From a virus (Duplodnaviria > Heunggongvirae > Uroviricota > Caudoviricetes), in the IMG/VR virus record IMGVR_UViG_3300032334_002267, positions 73,310 through 137,309 of that record: DNA of 64,000 nt; one strand, given 5' to 3'. Under the pieces are notes generated by a model, which saw only the letters and a list, made by a program, of their open reading frames with translations, was not told where the DNA came from and did no database searches. A program made the position numbers and the translations under genes. Below are positions 29,670 through 39,330 of the stretch, piece after piece (position 1 is the stretch's first letter; every line of letters begins with the position of its first letter).

Positions 29670-30227
29670 ATGATATTATTTAAGGGTAAGAAGTACAAGT
29701 ATATTCACACCAGGGATATCATATTGGATGATGTTCGAGCCGTGTTTTTTCCCAAGAATTTTTGTGAGAAGTACAGATATCTTGGAAGTGTTCCTTATCG
29801 GGAAAGTGGAAAAATATTTAAAGCTATGGAACCCTTGGTAATATTTATGGACAACAAGGCCAAGCCCTGGTGGTGTCCAAGATGGTTTCTAAGATTCCTG
29901 CATTTATTTGGTGATGATAATTCAATCGTTCGAGTTAGAAATAGAAGCTTGAGCAATTTAAAGCGTAAAATAACTAAAGGTGTGATGCTTTGGGATTATA
30001 AAACAAAATGGGAGTGGTATGACTTAAGAATATCAATTGCGGGAACAGAACAGATGCAAGATTTAGCTGATTCGATTGAAGAGAAGTTCTATAACAACGG
30101 AATAAGAGAGGATTTAGCAAGTAAGATTAAAGCTCTGGATCCCAATACAAAATACCACAAAGGATACTTATCAGAAACACTTAGGGAGGAATTGGATAGA
30201 CTTGAAAACCAAAAACCTGAGGTATAA
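29670..30227 (+). CDS. hypothetical protein
   Basis: ATG at 29670 preferred over the TTG at 29652. Confidence 0.4.
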   Translation: MILFKGKKYKYIHTRDIILDDVRAVFFPKNFCEKYRYLGSVPYRESGKIFKAMEPLVIFMDNKAKPWWCPRWFLRFLHLFGDDNSIVRVRNRSLSNLKRKITKGVMLWDYKTKWEWYDLRISIAGTEQMQDLADSIEEKFYNNGIREDLASKIKALDPNTKYHKGYLSETLREELDRLENQKPEV

Positions 30228-30279
30228 AATATTAGATCGAAACACAAGATAAAAAAACAATAAAACAATAAATTAAAAG

Positions 30280-30804
30280 ATGAAGCTAAATTTCAACTCA
30301 CCGATCTCCAAGACATATAGATGGTTTTATGCAACAGACCAGATGCCACAAAATCTGTGTCCATATTTCTGGAAACTTGTTTTAATGTGGATCTTAATAG
30401 TTCCCTATGTGATATTGTCCCTTCCGTATTTAATTGCTTATAAAAAAGATAAGGGGAATTCAGTTGCGGAAAAACCAGGATCCGGATTGATGATTTGGGT
30501 AGCACTAGGTATGGTTGCAGCAATGCTTTTTTCATTCTCCCTTTTTTGGACTGTTTTTCCTAAAGATTCATTTTTACAACAAATGCAAATTTTAGGGGTT
30601 GTTCTTTGGTTAGTTGCAGTCGTTCTTGTTGCATATCAGGGAATATTATGGATAAAAGAAAAATACAAAGAGTCTAAAATAAAATATGACGAGAATGGCC
30701 GCAGAATATGGAGGCCGGTGGAAGAAAAATCTCCAAGTATAATAAAAGAATTTATTAAATCAAAATATAATAAATACTGTCCTAAAATAGATTGGAAAAA
30801 ATAG
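30280..30804 (+). CDS. membrane protein
   Basis: Several hydrophobic helices. Confidence 0.45.
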   Translation: MKLNFNSPISKTYRWFYATDQMPQNLCPYFWKLVLMWILIVPYVILSLPYLIAYKKDKGNSVAEKPGSGLMIWVALGMVAAMLFSFSLFWTVFPKDSFLQQMQILGVVLWLVAVVLVAYQGILWIKEKYKESKIKYDENGRRIWRPVEEKSPSIIKEFIKSKYNKYCPKIDWKK

Positions 30805-30826
30805 CAAATCAAAGATAAAGAAAATT

Positions 30827-31333
30827 ATGAGCAGCGAATCAAAACCCTGGTTAAGAGGAAGCATCAAAATCACAAAACCTATTGTTCTAATAGACATGGA
30901 TGGGGTTATCTGCGACTTTGATAAGAGGGCTAAAGAATTAGAAGCTCAGGGGATAAAAGGTAGCAGTCTGTTTAAACACCCCGATGCTTATAAGGATCTT
31001 GAACCTATAGAAGGAGCTATTGATGCATGGGCTGCTCTACAGGATAAGTATGAGACTTATATTTTAAGTACACCACCCTGGAGCAATCCTGAAGGATGGT
31101 CAGAAAAGAGAATATGGGTTCAGAAGTATCTTGGGGATTCTGCAAAAAAGAAATTAATACTGTGTCACAATAAAGGTCTAGTTAAAGGTGATTATCTTAT
31201 AGACGATCGGATTGCTAACGGAGTAGCAGACTTCGAAGGAGAACATCTGCATTTTGCAACAGAGAAATTCCCCGGATGGGAATCAATTTTAGAATACTTA
31301 GGAATTAAAAATAATAACATTTCAAACAATTAA
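30827..31333 (+). CDS. 5'(3')-deoxyribonucleotidase (HAD superfamily)
   Basis: VLIDMDGVICDF DxDG nucleophile motif. Confidence 0.7.
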   Translation: MSSESKPWLRGSIKITKPIVLIDMDGVICDFDKRAKELEAQGIKGSSLFKHPDAYKDLEPIEGAIDAWAALQDKYETYILSTPPWSNPEGWSEKRIWVQKYLGDSAKKKLILCHNKGLVKGDYLIDDRIANGVADFEGEHLHFATEKFPGWESILEYLGIKNNNISNN

Positions 31334-31342
31334 AAAATCAAT

Positions 31343-31567
31343 ATGGGGCCAAAATTAAAATCTTTCTTAATCATATTCATAGTTACAGTAGCTATAATAG
31401 AGCTAATTGAATTAGGATTCAAGCTAATGAATACCAGCGACGATTACACTTTCTTTATCGGACTTTTTATAATCGGTGTTTTGGGGTTTGCTGGGGGATA
31501 CCAAATAGGTAAAGAATTACACAAAATAGTAAAAACAATAAAAGAAGAAAAAATTAAAAACAAGTAA
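31343..31567 (+). CDS. small membrane protein
   Basis: Two transmembrane helices. Confidence 0.35.
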   Translation: MGPKLKSFLIIFIVTVAIIELIELGFKLMNTSDDYTFFIGLFIIGVLGFAGGYQIGKELHKIVKTIKEEKIKNK

Positions 31568-31586
31568 AAATTAAAAACAAGTAAAT

Positions 31587-32429
31587 ATGAACAAAGTAAA
31601 ATTAGTATTAGGAGTAATCCTCGGAATCTTTTTAATGACTTTTTTATTCAACTCATGTGAGCGAATTGACGCTGGACATGTCGGAGTAAGAGTTAATCTT
31701 TATGGAACAGGTAAAGGAGTAGGTGACGTCACCGAGTGTACAGGATGGGTATTTTATAACCCAATCTCAACAAAAATCTACGAATTCCCAACCTTTATTC
31801 AACACAAGGAATACACAAAAACAGAAGATATCGATAATTCTTTTGTGGTTAACTCGAAAGACGGTAGCGAATTTCACGTATCCCCGATTATTAACTATTC
31901 AGTACAAAGGGATAAGGTACCTTTCATCTTTGGGAAGTATCGTAGAACTTTAGAGTCAATAGAAGAGGGATTCTTAAAGACAACTATCTATGACGCATTC
32001 CGTATGACAGCAAATGCTTACACTGCCGAAGAATTGATTTCTAACCGTCAAGAATTTGAAACAAAAGTTAGATCAACATTAGATGCAAATCTTCTTAAAG
32101 AGGGATTTATAATTAGCCAGCTGACCTCCAATTTAGGGTATCCTGAAACTTTTAAGAAAGCTATTGAGGCTAAGAACAATGCAGTTCAGACTGCACTTAC
32201 TGCAGAGAATCAAGTTAAAACAGCAGAAGCTCAGGCTAAGATACAGGTTGCACAGGCTCAAGGTAAAGCTGAAGCAATGTTAACCGCTGCAAAAGCTGAA
32301 GCTGAAGCGAATAGACTAAAACAACAAACCATTACACCAATGCTATTGCAACTTGAGTGGATCAATAAATGGGACGGGAAATTACCAGTTTATGGAACAT
32401 CTCCAGTTTTATACAAGCCAGTAAATTAA
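31587..32429 (+). CDS. SPFH/band-7-like membrane lipoprotein
   Basis: Signal peptide plus Cys; Ala/Gln-rich coiled-coil tail typical of HflK/C. Confidence 0.5.
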   Translation: MNKVKLVLGVILGIFLMTFLFNSCERIDAGHVGVRVNLYGTGKGVGDVTECTGWVFYNPISTKIYEFPTFIQHKEYTKTEDIDNSFVVNSKDGSEFHVSPIINYSVQRDKVPFIFGKYRRTLESIEEGFLKTTIYDAFRMTANAYTAEELISNRQEFETKVRSTLDANLLKEGFIISQLTSNLGYPETFKKAIEAKNNAVQTALTAENQVKTAEAQAKIQVAQAQGKAEAMLTAAKAEAEANRLKQQTITPMLLQLEWINKWDGKLPVYGTSPVLYKPVN

Positions 32430-32434
32430 TAAAG

Positions 32435-32782
32435 ATGAAAGTAATCATAGCAGGCAGTAGAGGTTTTTCAGATCTTCAACTTCTTTATGCAAAGTGCGAA
32501 GAAATACTCGCAAACGTAAAAGAAGCTGAGATCGTAAGCGGAACTGCTAAAGGAGCCGATAAAATGGGAGAGCACTATGCAAGTCTCAGAGGATTTTCAG
32601 TTAAGCAATTTCCTGCTGACTGGAACAAACACGGTAAAGCTGCTGGATATCTCAGGAATAAAGACATGGCAGAGTATGCTGATATGTTAATAGCTTTCTG
32701 GGATGGAGAAAGCAGAGGGACTAAGCATATGATTGATTTAGCTAACGAAAGGAAATTAACAGTACACGTAATAAACTACTAA
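32435..32782 (+). CDS. DUF2493/SLOG-family Rossmann-like protein
   Basis: MKVIIAGSRGF...SGTAKGADKMGE...FWDGESRGTKHMI; ATG at 32435. Confidence 0.6.
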   Translation: MKVIIAGSRGFSDLQLLYAKCEEILANVKEAEIVSGTAKGADKMGEHYASLRGFSVKQFPADWNKHGKAAGYLRNKDMAEYADMLIAFWDGESRGTKHMIDLANERKLTVHVINY

Positions 32783-32784
32783 AA

Positions 32785-32820
32785 CAAAAAAAGCTCAGAA
32801 TTAATTCTGAGCTTTTTTGT
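32785..32820. terminator. bidirectional terminator
   Basis: A7-GCTCAGAATT/AATTCTGAGC-T6. Confidence 0.65.
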
Positions 32821-32834
32821 GGGGTTTAGAAAAA

Positions 32835-33305
32835 TTATTTAGCGAAGAATCCTTCCAATCTGTCAAGAAAAGAAACTTTAGAAGGATCTTGTTTTAATTC
32901 GTTTGCATCGATGTGCTTATCAGTAAGAGTTCCAAGAGTCCCAGGTATAGCTTGAACCATAGCTTTAGCTATATTTGAGCCCTGCGATTTCATTTGCTGA
33001 ATAAATTCAATTTTAGTACCAGGTACTGCTGAAAGTATACCCTCTATTTTTTGCTGAAGATAAGAAGCCGCCGAATTTGGGTTGGTCTCTGCCATTTTAG
33101 CTATTCTCTCAGCCTCGCCAGAGTTTATAACTGATTGAGCCATAAGACCAGCGATTAATTTCATAGCGTCATCTGAAACTCCAGACATGCTGAAATCTAT
33201 TTCACCGAACACTGGGGGCGCAACCTCTATTCCTGCTGGTTGAGCATCTGGTTGAGTTGGAGTAGTCCCGGGAAGGAACGACTGGAATTCTAAAATGTTA
33301 TCCAT
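32835..33305 (-). CDS. hypothetical protein with N-terminal family motif
   Basis: MDNILEFQSF. Confidence 0.45.
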   Translation of the reverse strand: MDNILEFQSFLPGTTPTQPDAQPAGIEVAPPVFGEIDFSMSGVSDDAMKLIAGLMAQSVINSGEAERIAKMAETNPNSAASYLQQKIEGILSAVPGTKIEFIQQMKSQGSNIAKAMVQAIPGTLGTLTDKHIDANELKQDPSKVSFLDRLEGFFAK

Positions 33306-33354
33306 TTTTTATAATTTATTTTTAATCTGCGTGAATTTTTATTAATGAAGCGTA

Positions 33355-33594
33355 TCATGGTTGACCCATCATTTCTTTAAGGTATCCCATGCATTCATTA
33401 ACATATCCTTCGTAGGTGTGAGCCTCATTAGCATCATTGTGATACTCATCAGCTTCTCTGCAAAGAACGTCTTCGCAAATTTGCTTCATGGCACTTTTTG
33501 CTCCTTCACTCATAGCAGAGTATTCTTTCTCCATCATATTGGAGTTTTCTTGTAAATCTGAATCAAAAGATTCGAACGGTGTTAGGTTTTTCAT
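33355..33594 (-). CDS. hypothetical Cys/His-rich small protein with N-terminal family motif
   Basis: MKNLTPFESFDSDLQE. Confidence 0.4.
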   Translation of the reverse strand: MKNLTPFESFDSDLQENSNMMEKEYSAMSEGAKSAMKQICEDVLCREADEYHNDANEAHTYEGYVNECMGYLKEMMGQP

Positions 33595-33614
33595 ATGCTA
33601 TTTATCTTTTTAAA

Positions 33615-33872
33615 TTATAAATTTGTAGGATCTTCTTCCTTTTTAGCCGCCTGTTTAGCGGTAAATATTTTTTCTATAACAGTTAACCCTAGTCCTCCAC
33701 CAGCTATAAGGGCTAGAGAATCGAACATAAATTCAGGGGTTATGTGGTTTTCATCTTTAATAGTAGCAACCCAAGTTATGGCTATAATGTTAAAAAGAGC
33801 GAATAAAGCAGCAAATCTCTTGCTAGAAGTATCGCTAGATCCGGACATTAAGTCAGAAAAGAACTTTTTCAT
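33615..33872 (-). CDS. small membrane protein
   Basis: Hydrophobic core; strand consistent with neighbours. Confidence 0.35.
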   Translation of the reverse strand: MKKFFSDLMSGSSDTSSKRFAALFALFNIIAITWVATIKDENHITPEFMFDSLALIAGGGLGLTVIEKIFTAKQAAKKEEDPTNL

Positions 33873-33932
33873 GTTTGTTTGGTTATTTTACCATATATAT
33901 CCCGGATTTAACAAAAAAGGGATATATAAGAC

Positions 33933-34364
33933 ATGATCAACCTTCTAAATTTTGAAAAATGGACTGAGATTAACGAGGGCTATTCCGGACCGGACTGGGT
34001 AGATGGGGGCTTGGTTTTTATCAAGGGTAAGCCGCTAAATGGCAGACCACCCTTTATGTACTTATCCCGTATTAAATGGATGACAAAGACAACCTACGGT
34101 GCTAACATGGCTTCTCTATACCAGGATTTCTATATAGTTTTAAAAGATGGATCTGATTATACTGCCCATAGAATAGACATGAATCAGGAAATTCTATCCA
34201 GAGTGTTGGGTATGAAAAATTATTCTCTGGCGTTAAATGATAAAACTGGAAAAACTCCTAAATGGTTTATAACTGTTAAGGAAACTGATACAAGGGTACT
34301 TCTGAAAAGAATGGCTCCTTTCTTAGACGCAATTCCTGATGTTAATTACTCTCGACCTTCTTAG
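33933..34364 (+). CDS. hypothetical protein
   Basis: 143-aa ORF. Confidence 0.4.
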   Translation: MINLLNFEKWTEINEGYSGPDWVDGGLVFIKGKPLNGRPPFMYLSRIKWMTKTTYGANMASLYQDFYIVLKDGSDYTAHRIDMNQEILSRVLGMKNYSLALNDKTGKTPKWFITVKETDTRVLLKRMAPFLDAIPDVNYSRPS

Positions 34365-34953
34365 ATTTAATTAGATCACTTAATACAAAATCACTTCTTT
34401 CGTCTAGTGGAATATCTGAAAGATCTGTATATGGAATACATTCAAGATCAAGATAGTTTTTAATAATGTTATCTAGTTTAATTATCTCCTTCTTATTATG
34501 AAATCTTATTCCATCGTTCTCTTCATCTTCTAAAACAGGAGGAACGTAATATATCTTATGCCATTGGTTTATTGATTTCAATATCTCCTTCTGAACATGG
34601 TTTATTGTTGCTATGTCCTTTAGCGATAAATTATCTCTAAAGAGAGATCTAAAGTAAAAATAATTAAGGATAGAACTCGAATCGCAGATAATCCATTCTT
34701 TTGATCCAACATACATTCTTTCCCTTCCGAGTTGTTTATAAAAGATCACCAACTGATCAGTAGGACTATCAGGAACTCCCCATTCTGCTATGTAGTCGGT
34801 GGCTGCTTCTCCCACGAATATCGAGTTCTTCTTTCTGATTTTTAATCCATGATGAACTGATGCTGCTAGTGTGCTCTTCCCTGAAGACGGAGCACCTATG
34901 ATTGAAACTAACTGGGATTTTTTTCCTTCTGACATTATTTTTATTTGATACAC
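34342..34953 (-). CDS. P-loop NTPase (AAA_28/NadR-kinase-like)
   Basis: IIGAPSSGKSTLA Walker A. Confidence 0.5.
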   Translation of the reverse strand: MYQIKIMSEGKKSQLVSIIGAPSSGKSTLAASVHHGLKIRKKNSIFVGEAATDYIAEWGVPDSPTDQLVIFYKQLGRERMYVGSKEWIICDSSSILNYFYFRSLFRDNLSLKDIATINHVQKEILKSINQWHKIYYVPPVLEDEENDGIRFHNKKEIIKLDNIIKNYLDLECIPYTDLSDIPLDERSDFVLSDLIKSKKVESN

Positions 34954-35042
34954 TTTATACCAAACATATAGGAAAAGTATCCATCTTTTATGTCTAAAAA
35001 CTTTTTAAACTGGATACAGTGGAAAAATGGGATTCTGATAGA

Positions 35043-35747
35043 TTAAATAGACTTCTCAAACTGATTGTACGACCAAACTAAGTAGTCGTGTCCAGCTCTA
35101 GCATTTAAAAAAGGATTTAACGGAGGGTTTGGTCCTTTGTAAACAGAAGGGTTTATTTTCTTAAGTTGCGACCAAGCCTCTTTACCTATCTGAAAAAGAC
35201 CAGTATAAGATTTATTGGATTTAGGATTAGGATCAAACCTAGACTCTTTGAAAGCAACCGTTGTTAGAAAATCTTTACTCAGCTTAGGGTTTGGTATTTT
35301 TTCGATAGCCTTTCTAGCTTTAGAGTTGTCCGGTAGATTTATTTTACTCAGTGCTTCTTTTTTATAAGAATTCCAAGTTCTTTGTTGGTAATCCAAAAAA
35401 GCTAAAACAGCTTCTTTATCCTTTCCGGTTTTAACCTTATTATAAGAAAGATCGGACGAAGGTAGATTTGCAATCATTCTTGCTCTCAATCCTGGATCTA
35501 ATTTTTCTTTACCCTTAGCAATCTTAACAATTTTAGCTGCCCCGCTAGGTCCCTGCTGATGTGGAAGATAAAGCATATGAGGTCCAACTAATTGTGGGGG
35601 TGGAGGGGTTGGTGCTTTTGTAACCTTTGGTTTATCACTAGAAAAAACTCTTTTTATGAAGGATACGAATCTACCCCATATATCACCAAGGCCCTCATTG
35701 AGAACATATTCTTGAGTAAATTCTTGATATTCTTTTATGTGTTTCAT
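35043..35747 (-). CDS. lytic-transglycosylase-like (SLT-domain) protein with N-terminal MKHIKEYQEF motif
   Basis: AFKESRFDPNPKSNKSYTGLFQIGKEAW (E-S...GLxQ). Confidence 0.6.
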   Translation of the reverse strand: MKHIKEYQEFTQEYVLNEGLGDIWGRFVSFIKRVFSSDKPKVTKAPTPPPPQLVGPHMLYLPHQQGPSGAAKIVKIAKGKEKLDPGLRARMIANLPSSDLSYNKVKTGKDKEAVLAFLDYQQRTWNSYKKEALSKINLPDNSKARKAIEKIPNPKLSKDFLTTVAFKESRFDPNPKSNKSYTGLFQIGKEAWSQLKKINPSVYKGPNPPLNPFLNARAGHDYLVWSYNQFEKSI

Positions 35748-36548
35748 TTAATTACCTCCCAAAAATTTAGAAGCGCTATCAGAAGTTACTGTGCTGTAAC
35801 CAAGAGATTTTGCCAGTCCACCTAATATCTTTCCTGCTATTGTTGCCGGAGGTTCTTTACCTGCAACAGCTTCACCAGGAGTTTCATATTGTGGTTTAAT
35901 AACAGGTTCCGTTTCCATATAAGGAGCAACAGTTCCTAGAGCTTTAGAGATATCGGAATCAAATTCCGGTGTTCTTCTTCCTTTAAAATAATCTATAAAT
36001 CCTAATAGGTTTGTCTGAGAAAAACTTCTTTTATTGACACCAACTCTATCTCCTTCTCCTGATTTCTGATCGTTGGTATTTCCCTCAATTGAAGTAAATG
36101 TTTTTGAAGATGGATCTACAGAAACAACTATTCCGGTGTGTCCTTTATCTCCTCCGCCTCTTTTCATCATAAATACCATTCCGGGTTTAATTTGGTTCAT
36201 GTCCTTCCTTGCATCTGCTATGTTGATCTTTAAACTAGGATCTGCAGATTTCCAGTGGGTTAGACAATGTCCGGTTTTAATCAGGGTGTTTGGAACCCCA
36301 AGTCTTTTAGAAAGTTCATCGAACATAGCATAAACGTAGGCTGCACACCATTGTTCTCCAGGACCTAGTCCTACACTTTTTAGATAGCTGTTAACTTCTG
36401 GTCCTGAATTAGATCCAACTGGAGATTCTTTAACATCCTTGGTGTTTGCAAGAATCTCAGCAAAACGATCACCTGCCGTGGATGGATCAGCTATTGCCAT
36501 TGAAACCTCGTCCAATCTAAAATCTAAAAAACTCTTAATTTTTGTCAT
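35748..36548 (-). CDS. CHAP/NlpC-P60-like peptidoglycan peptidase with N-terminal motif
   Basis: Cys box EQWCAAYVYAMF, His box GHTGIVVSVD. Confidence 0.6.
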   Translation of the reverse strand: MTKIKSFLDFRLDEVSMAIADPSTAGDRFAEILANTKDVKESPVGSNSGPEVNSYLKSVGLGPGEQWCAAYVYAMFDELSKRLGVPNTLIKTGHCLTHWKSADPSLKINIADARKDMNQIKPGMVFMMKRGGGDKGHTGIVVSVDPSSKTFTSIEGNTNDQKSGEGDRVGVNKRSFSQTNLLGFIDYFKGRRTPEFDSDISKALGTVAPYMETEPVIKPQYETPGEAVAGKEPPATIAGKILGGLAKSLGYSTVTSDSASKFLGGN

Positions 36549-36621
36549 CTTATGTGTTTTATGATATATTTATCCCTAAATATTTTTTTATTTCGGAATC
36601 TTTCTATATATTTGCATCTGT

Positions 36622-37005
36622 ATGAGATTAAATGGCAAATGGATCAAAGAGGAGGAAATATATGTAAACCGATATGGGGATTGTCTTAAATTCACAAGGA
36701 TTTCCGAACTGGAGTTCATTATGAGTGGAGGTCAGCTCAGCCAATTTGTGAAGATTTCAAGAGATCCTGCAGGAAATTTGCTCCTCATAGACCCTCCAGG
36801 AGGTCCAATGATAATGGCAACACCCGCTATGATTTGGAAGGGGGAGGGCGAAATTTATACGAAAAACATGTCTAATAATATGGGTGAATTTTCACCACAA
36901 TGGAAAGACCTTATAATAGTAGAGCTTGAATGGACAACAGAGGTTAAAATTAAATGTTTACCTATCTGGGCATTCGAAGAAATGAAATGGGAAAAAATAA
37001 AATAG
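36622..37005 (+). CDS. hypothetical protein
   Basis: 127-aa ORF. Confidence 0.4.
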   Translation: MRLNGKWIKEEEIYVNRYGDCLKFTRISELEFIMSGGQLSQFVKISRDPAGNLLLIDPPGGPMIMATPAMIWKGEGEIYTKNMSNNMGEFSPQWKDLIIVELEWTTEVKIKCLPIWAFEEMKWEKIK

Positions 37006-37009
37006 CAAT

Positions 37010-37687
37010 ATGAATTATCGATCAGAATTTGAAAAGTACGCCAGAAGTGAATACGGGATTTCTTCTTCCCGAATCAACTATTTCGAAAAAAAGATAGAGT
37101 CTTCAATGACTCCTTACATCCTAGAAGAAAGAGAAATGAGAGTAACCCAAATGGACATCTTTTCTCGATTAATGCGTGACCGCATTCTATGGGTAGCGGG
37201 TGAGGTTGATGATAGCATGTCAACAGTTGTCCAAGCACAGTTAATGTTTTTAGACTCTGTTGATGATAGAGATATCACCATGCACATAGACTCTCCAGGG
37301 GGTTCAGTAAAATCAGGTTTATCTATGGTTGATGTAATGGAATACATTTCTGCAGACATCAGAACAGTTAACACCGGAATGGCAGCTTCAATGGGATCAG
37401 TTTTACTTGGAGCAGGTACTAAAGGAAAGCGTAGCTCACTTAGATTCAGCAAGGTGATGTTACACCAATCAAGTGGAGGATTCAGGGGGAACATTCAAGA
37501 CGCTAAAATTGACATGAAAGAATGGGAAGAGGTTAACAAAATTCTTTTCGATCTTCTAGGAGGTTACTGTGGAAAGAAGCCAGAGCAGGTCATGAAGGAC
37601 GCAACAAGAGATTTTTGGCTGAGTGCTGATGAAGCGGTTAAATACGGAATCATCGATGAGGTGGTTCTTAAGAAGAAGAAAAAATAA
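37010..37687 (+). CDS. clpP: ATP-dependent Clp protease proteolytic subunit
   Basis: GMAASMGS (Ser), MLHQ (His), SPGGSV. Confidence 0.85.
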   Translation: MNYRSEFEKYARSEYGISSSRINYFEKKIESSMTPYILEEREMRVTQMDIFSRLMRDRILWVAGEVDDSMSTVVQAQLMFLDSVDDRDITMHIDSPGGSVKSGLSMVDVMEYISADIRTVNTGMAASMGSVLLGAGTKGKRSSLRFSKVMLHQSSGGFRGNIQDAKIDMKEWEEVNKILFDLLGGYCGKKPEQVMKDATRDFWLSADEAVKYGIIDEVVLKKKKK

Positions 37688-37693
37688 TTCAGA

Positions 37694-38116
37694 ATGAATC
37701 CGATAAAAAACAGAAAAGCTAATTTTGATTACAGCTTTATAGAGGAATTTAACGCAGGTATATGCCTCTATGGATCTGAAGTTAAGGCCATCAGAGAATC
37801 AAGGGTTTCTCTGGTGGATGCTTTTTGCTTTATACAAGATGGCGAGGTGTGGCTAAAAGGCATGCACATCTCAGCAGATTCTAAGGACTGGAACCACGAT
37901 CCACTTCGAAATAAAAAACTCTTACTAAAAAAGAAAGAGATTTCAAAACTTCAAAAGGGTTTAGATAAAGGGGTCACTATAGTTCCAACCCTAATTTTTT
38001 TATCAGATAGGAATTTAATAAAGGTAAAGATTTCTCTAGCTAAAGGAAGAAAGGAATATGACAAAAGAGAAAGGATTAGATCAAGAGAGATCGAAAGAGA
38101 AATTAAAAACATTTAG
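37694..38116 (+). CDS. smpB: SsrA-binding protein SmpB
   Basis: Aligns along its length with E. coli SmpB (F..EEFNAG..L.GSEVK..R....L.D....I.DGE..L.G..I..Y...HD..R.RKLLL...E). Confidence 0.9.
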   Translation: MNPIKNRKANFDYSFIEEFNAGICLYGSEVKAIRESRVSLVDAFCFIQDGEVWLKGMHISADSKDWNHDPLRNKKLLLKKKEISKLQKGLDKGVTIVPTLIFLSDRNLIKVKISLAKGRKEYDKRERIRSREIEREIKNI

Positions 38117-38118
38117 TT

Positions 38119-38874
38119 ATGGATAATATATTAGAGGCAATATACCCATTCTGCCAAGAAGCTAGGAATAAAGGAAACGCTACGGAAAACGGTAGGGTGC
38201 CAACCCCTAGGGTTATTTTTATTCTATCAATGCTAGAAAAATTTGGAATAAAAAAGATCATTGACGCTTTTAGTTTTTCAGGAAAAAACAACTTCTATAA
38301 TGTAATTCTACCCGGGACTTCCAAGTATATCATCACAGCTCACCATGATATAGTGAATCCGGATTCTGACAATGCAAATGACAATTCAGCTTCTGTTATA
38401 AATGCAATTTATCTTAAGTCACTGGTGCCAGAGGCAACCGTTGTTTTAACTGACGGAGAGGAGGTTGGGCTCATAGGGGCAACTAGGTTAGCAGAGCAGA
38501 TCAACCAAGGGGTTTATGGAAAAATAGAAGGGGTTATAAATTTGGAGCTATCTGGGATGGGCGGTGAAAATTTTATAATAGGAGACAACCCTGGAAATCT
38601 GAATGATAAAATATTGGAGATGTTTAACCCCACGGTGGTCAAGACACCTGTTAGCGACACGACTGCTTTTAGAATGGCAGGAATAGATAGCACGGTACTA
38701 AACCCGTTACCTCTTTTAACTGAGGGTGTTTCTTTTATATCTAATCAGAGAGGGTTCTTAGATAATAGATCTTGGTCAAGGTGCCACACCGACGAGGACT
38801 CTGTTGATCTCATCTCTTTAGACGATATGGAAGCTTTTGTCACTAAAATTTTAATACCCATAGTTAGGTCATGA
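38119..38874 (+). CDS. M28-family zinc peptidase-like protein
   Basis: AHHDIV, DNSASV, TDGEEVGLIGA, CHTDED. Confidence 0.55.
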   Translation: MDNILEAIYPFCQEARNKGNATENGRVPTPRVIFILSMLEKFGIKKIIDAFSFSGKNNFYNVILPGTSKYIITAHHDIVNPDSDNANDNSASVINAIYLKSLVPEATVVLTDGEEVGLIGATRLAEQINQGVYGKIEGVINLELSGMGGENFIIGDNPGNLNDKILEMFNPTVVKTPVSDTTAFRMAGIDSTVLNPLPLLTEGVSFISNQRGFLDNRSWSRCHTDEDSVDLISLDDMEAFVTKILIPIVRS

Positions 38875-39185
38875 TTTGGTATTTAGATGCCGTAATGAGA
38901 GCTATAGCTATCGTTATTCTTATTTTTGGAGTGAGTTTGGTTATATACGTAAAAGCAAGAGAAGTAATTTACAAAAATCTAAGCATGAACTACCTTGTTA
39001 TAAAAAAAGAGAAGATGCAGGAATTAACCGGTAAATACGGTAGTTCTATAGTGGGTAAGTGTTTTGAGCTTGCCTCAAAAGAACATCCAGGTATTGTGTA
39101 TGATAATCTACCGGAAAATGAAAAGGAGCTAAGAGGATGCTTCCGCGATCTTTTCAACGATCTGATAGAAGACGATAATTTTTAA
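38871..39185 (+). CDS. hypothetical membrane-anchored protein
   Basis: N-terminal TM helix. Confidence 0.4.
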   Translation: MIWYLDAVMRAIAIVILIFGVSLVIYVKAREVIYKNLSMNYLVIKKEKMQELTGKYGSSIVGKCFELASKEHPGIVYDNLPENEKELRGCFRDLFNDLIEDDNF

Positions 39186-39300
39186 TTCAATATAGACGAA
39201 TCTATTCGAAACAAAAAGTATAGTAAGTCTATAATATCAGTAACCCTACGAAGGATTTGTTACACAATAGCAGCTTTCATAGGTGTTTGTTTTGGTTCAA

Positions 39301-39330
39301 CCCGGGATCTTTCTAGATTCCGGGTTTTTT
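39301..39330 (+). terminator. rho-independent terminator
   Basis: CCCGGGATCT-TTCT-AGATTCCGGG-T6. Confidence 0.65.

Noticed and set aside
33595-33936. Plus-strand 113-aa ORF
   Set aside because: It overlaps the more plausible minus-strand small membrane protein (33615-33872), which shares strand with its neighbours. The call is kept low-confidence either way.
35735-35747. GGAGGT 8 nt upstream of the SLT gene ATG as a Shine-Dalgarno site
   Set aside because: It lies inside the CHAP coding sequence. Virtually no other start in the window has an SD, which is consistent with a Bacteroidetes-type SD-independent host.
36549-39300. Search for a tmRNA near SmpB
   Set aside because: The intergenic regions here are short and AT-rich. 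There is no GGGG...tag-ORF...T-arm...CCA architecture, so none is called.
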